A stretch of DNA of 64,000 nt from Eledone cirrhosa (Eukaryota), in contig OZ024745.1 of NCBI GenBank assembly GCA_964016885.1, positions 89,156,001 to 89,220,000 on the forward strand, given 5' to 3'. Position 1 is the first letter of the stretch. Each line of letters begins with the position of its first letter. Positions 61,451 to 64,000 of the stretch are shown piece by piece. A program made the position numbers and the translations under genes. Below the pieces are notes generated by a model. That model ran no database searches. It saw nothing but the letters and a program-made list of their open reading frames with translations, and had not been told where the DNA came from.

Positions 61451-62589
61451 TACATAGATTGCCATAGATGTAGTTGCTACATAGATTGCCATAGATGTAG
61501 TTGCTACATAGATTGCCATAGATGTAGTTGCTACATTGATTTGTATAGATGTAGTTGCTACATAGATTGCTATAGATGTATTTGCTACATAGATTGTTAG
61601 AGATGTAGTGCTACATAGATTGTTATAGATGTAGTTGCTACATAGATTACTATAGATGTATTTGCTACATAGATTGTTATAGATGTAATATCTACATAGA
61701 TTGTTATAGATGTAGTTGCTACATAGATTGCTATAGATGTATTTGCTACATATATTGCTATAGATATAGTTGCTACATAGATTGTTATAGATGTAGTTGC
61801 TACATAGATTGTTATAGATGTAGTTGCTACATAGAATGCTATATAATTAGTTGGTACATATATTGCCATAGATGTAGTTGCTACATAGATTGCCATAGAT
61901 GTAGTTGCTACATAGATTGCCATAGATGTAGCTGCTACATAGATTGCCATTTATGTAGTTGCTACATAGATTGTGATAGATGTAGTTGCTACATAGATTG
62001 CCATAGATGTAGTTGCTACATAGCTTGCCATAGATGTAGTTGCTACATTGATTGTTATAGATGTAGTTGCTACATATATTGTTATAGATGTAGTTGCTAC
62101 ATAGATTGTTATAGATGTAGTTGCTACATAGATTGCTATAATGTAGTTGCTACATAGATTGCTATATAAGTAGTTGCTACATAGATTGCTATAGATGTAG
62201 TTGCTACATAGATTGTTATAGATGTAGTTGCTACATAGATTGCTATAAATGTATTTGCTACATAGATTGTTATAGATGTAGTTGCGACATAGATTGTTAT
62301 AGATGTAGTTGCTATATAGATTGCTATAAATCTATTTGCTACATAGATTGTTATAGATGTAGTTGGTACAGAGATTGTTATAGATGTAGTTGCTACATAG
62401 ATTGTTATAGATGTAGTTGCTACATAGATTGTGATAGATGTAGTTGCTAGAGAGATTGATATATAAGTAGTTGCTACATATATTGTTATAGATGTAGTTG
62501 CTACATAGATTGCCAAAGATGGAGTTGCTACATAGATTACCATAGATGTAGTTGCTACATAGATTGCCATAGATGTAGTTCCTACATAG

Positions 62590-64000
62590 ATTGTTATAGA
62601 TGTAGTTGCTACATAGATTGCCATAGATGTAGTTGCTACATAGATTGTTAAATATGTAGTTGATACATAGATTGCTATAGATGTAGTTGCTACATAGATT
62701 GTTATAGATGTAGTTGCTACATAGATTGCTATAGATGTAGTTGCTACATAGATTGCTATAGATGTAGTTGCTACATAGATCGTCATAGACGTAGTTGCTA
62801 CTTAGATTTTTATAGATGTAGTTGCTACATAGATTTTTTATAGATGTAGTTTTTACATTGATTGCCATAGATGGAGTTGCTACATAGATTGCCATAGATG
62901 TAGTTGCTACATAGATTGCCATAGATGTAGTTGCTACATAGATTGCCATAGATGTAGTTGCTACATAGATTGCCATTTATGTAGTTGCTACATAGATTGT
63001 TATAAATGTAGTTGCTACATAGATTGCCATAGATGTATTTGCTACATAGATTGCCATAGATGTAGTTGCTACATTGATTGTTATAGATGTAGTTGCTACA
63101 TATATTGTTATAGATGTAGTTGCTACATAGATTGTTATAGATGTAGTTGCTACACAGATCGCCATAGATGTAGTTGCTACATAGATTGCTATAGATGTAG
63201 TAACTACATAGATTGTTATAGATGGTGTTGGTACAGAGATTGTTATAAATGTAGTTGCTACATAGATTGTTATAGATGTAGTTGCTACATAGACTGTGAT
63301 AGATGTAGTTGCTAGATAGATTGCTATATAAGTAGTTGCTACATATATTGTTATAGATGTAGTTGCTACATAGATTGTTATAGATGTAGTTGCTACATAG
63401 ATTGCCATAGATGTAGTTGCTACATAGATTGTTAAATATGTAGTTGATACATAGATTGCTATAGATGTAGTTGCTACATAGATTGTTATAGATGTAGTTG
63501 CTACATAGATTGCTATAGATGTAGTTGCTACATAGATTGCTATAGATGTAGTTGCTACATAGATCGTCATAGACGTAGTTGCTACTTAGATTTTTATAGA
63601 TGTAGTTGCTACATAGATTTTTTATAGATGTAGTTTTTACATTGATTGCCATAGATGGAGTTGCTACATAGATTGCCATAGATGTAGTTGCTACATAGAT
63701 TGCCATAGATGTAGTTGCTACATAGATTGCCATAGATGTAGTTGCTACATAGATTGCCATTTATGTAGTTGCTACATAGATTGTTATAAATGTAGTTGCT
63801 ACATAGATTGCCATAGATGTATTTGCTACATAGATTGCCATAGATGTAGTTGCTACATTGATTGTTATAGATGTAGTTGCTACATATATTGTTATAGATG
63901 TAGTTGCTACATAGATTGTTATAGATGTAGTTGCTACACAGATCGCCATAGATGTAGTTGCTACATAGATTGCTATAGATGTAGTAACTACATAGATTGC
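62590..64000. repeat. Tandem higher-order duplication, period 784 bp (29 monomers plus 1 bp), truncated by the window end
   Basis: tagattgttaaatatg at 62641/63425, a six-T run at about 62834/63618, gtagtaactac at about 63197/63981, and ORFs 62977/63761. Confidence 0.88.

Larger units (their letters stand above)
1..64000. repeat. 27-bp tandem satellite array, consensus ATTGYYATAGATGTAGTTGCTACATAG (about 2,370 monomers, running off both window ends)
   Basis: The monomer is readable in every line from position 1 (attgctatagatgttgttgctgcatag) to 64000. Most copies differ from consensus by 0-2 substitutions, and orientation never flips. The ORF track shows only 9-aa periodic translations. Confidence 0.99.

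Noticed and set aside
14065-62142. TGCTATAAT in 26-bp monomers matches the bacterial extended -10 promoter motif TGnTATAAT
   Set aside because: It arises from a single G deletion in TGCTATAGAT. No -35 element or downstream gene is present, and nothing indicates a bacterial context.
12104-63760. Minus-strand (NLCSNYIY[NSG])n ORFs as leucine-rich-repeat-like proteins
   Set aside because: This is the third open frame of the monomer. ORFs switch between this and the IYVATT frame at 1-bp indels, which shows no frame is being maintained.
2003-63949. Minus-strand ORFs (IYVATTS[IM][TA])n as mucin-like, ice-binding or beta-solenoid proteins
   Set aside because: The 27-bp unit is stop-free in this frame by construction. 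There is no unique N- or C-terminal domain, signal peptide or splice context. Third codon positions are as homogeneous as the others, and frameshifting 26-bp monomers are amplified freely.
1-64000. CRISPR array (27-bp palindromic repeat, with CTAC/GTAG stem loosely reminiscent of Cas12a repeats)
   Set aside because: The repeats are directly adjacent with no unique spacers, and there is no leader or cas gene.
1-64000. Telomeric repeat, rDNA/tRNA array, plasmid iterons or transposon terminal repeats
   Set aside because: There are no G-tracts, RNA gene sequence, rep or transposase ORF, terminal structure or target-site duplication anywhere in the window.
1-64000. Whole window as a sequencing concatemer or synthetic artefact
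   Set aside because: Shared multi-base variants, nested duplications with graded divergence and regional subfamilies fit an evolved array rather than random read error. Local misassembly remains possible.

Overview
The whole 64,000-bp window is one uninterrupted head-to-tail tandem array (satellite DNA) of a 27-bp monomer, consensus ATTG[TT|CT|CC]ATAGATGTAGTTGCTACATAG. That is about 2,370 monomers (64000/27), 30-37% GC per monomer, all in one orientation, with no unique sequence, spacer, inversion, insertion or array edge visible. The monomer contains a dyad (ATGTAG-TTG-CTACAT) and two related half-sites (TAGATTGCTA / TAGTTGCTA). Rare variant monomers act as landmarks. They show that the array is a mosaic of recurring multi-monomer modules, nested higher-order duplications (80 bp to about 5.2 kb) and three regional subfamilies. 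All ORFs in the track are explained by 27 = 9 codons with three of six frames stop-free, so I call no genes, RNA genes, CRISPR arrays or mobile elements. The source organism cannot be determined from the sequence, although this architecture is typical of eukaryotic satellite DNA. I found no supportable new gene system; the interest lies in the repeat architecture. Block boundaries were judged by eye and are approximate.
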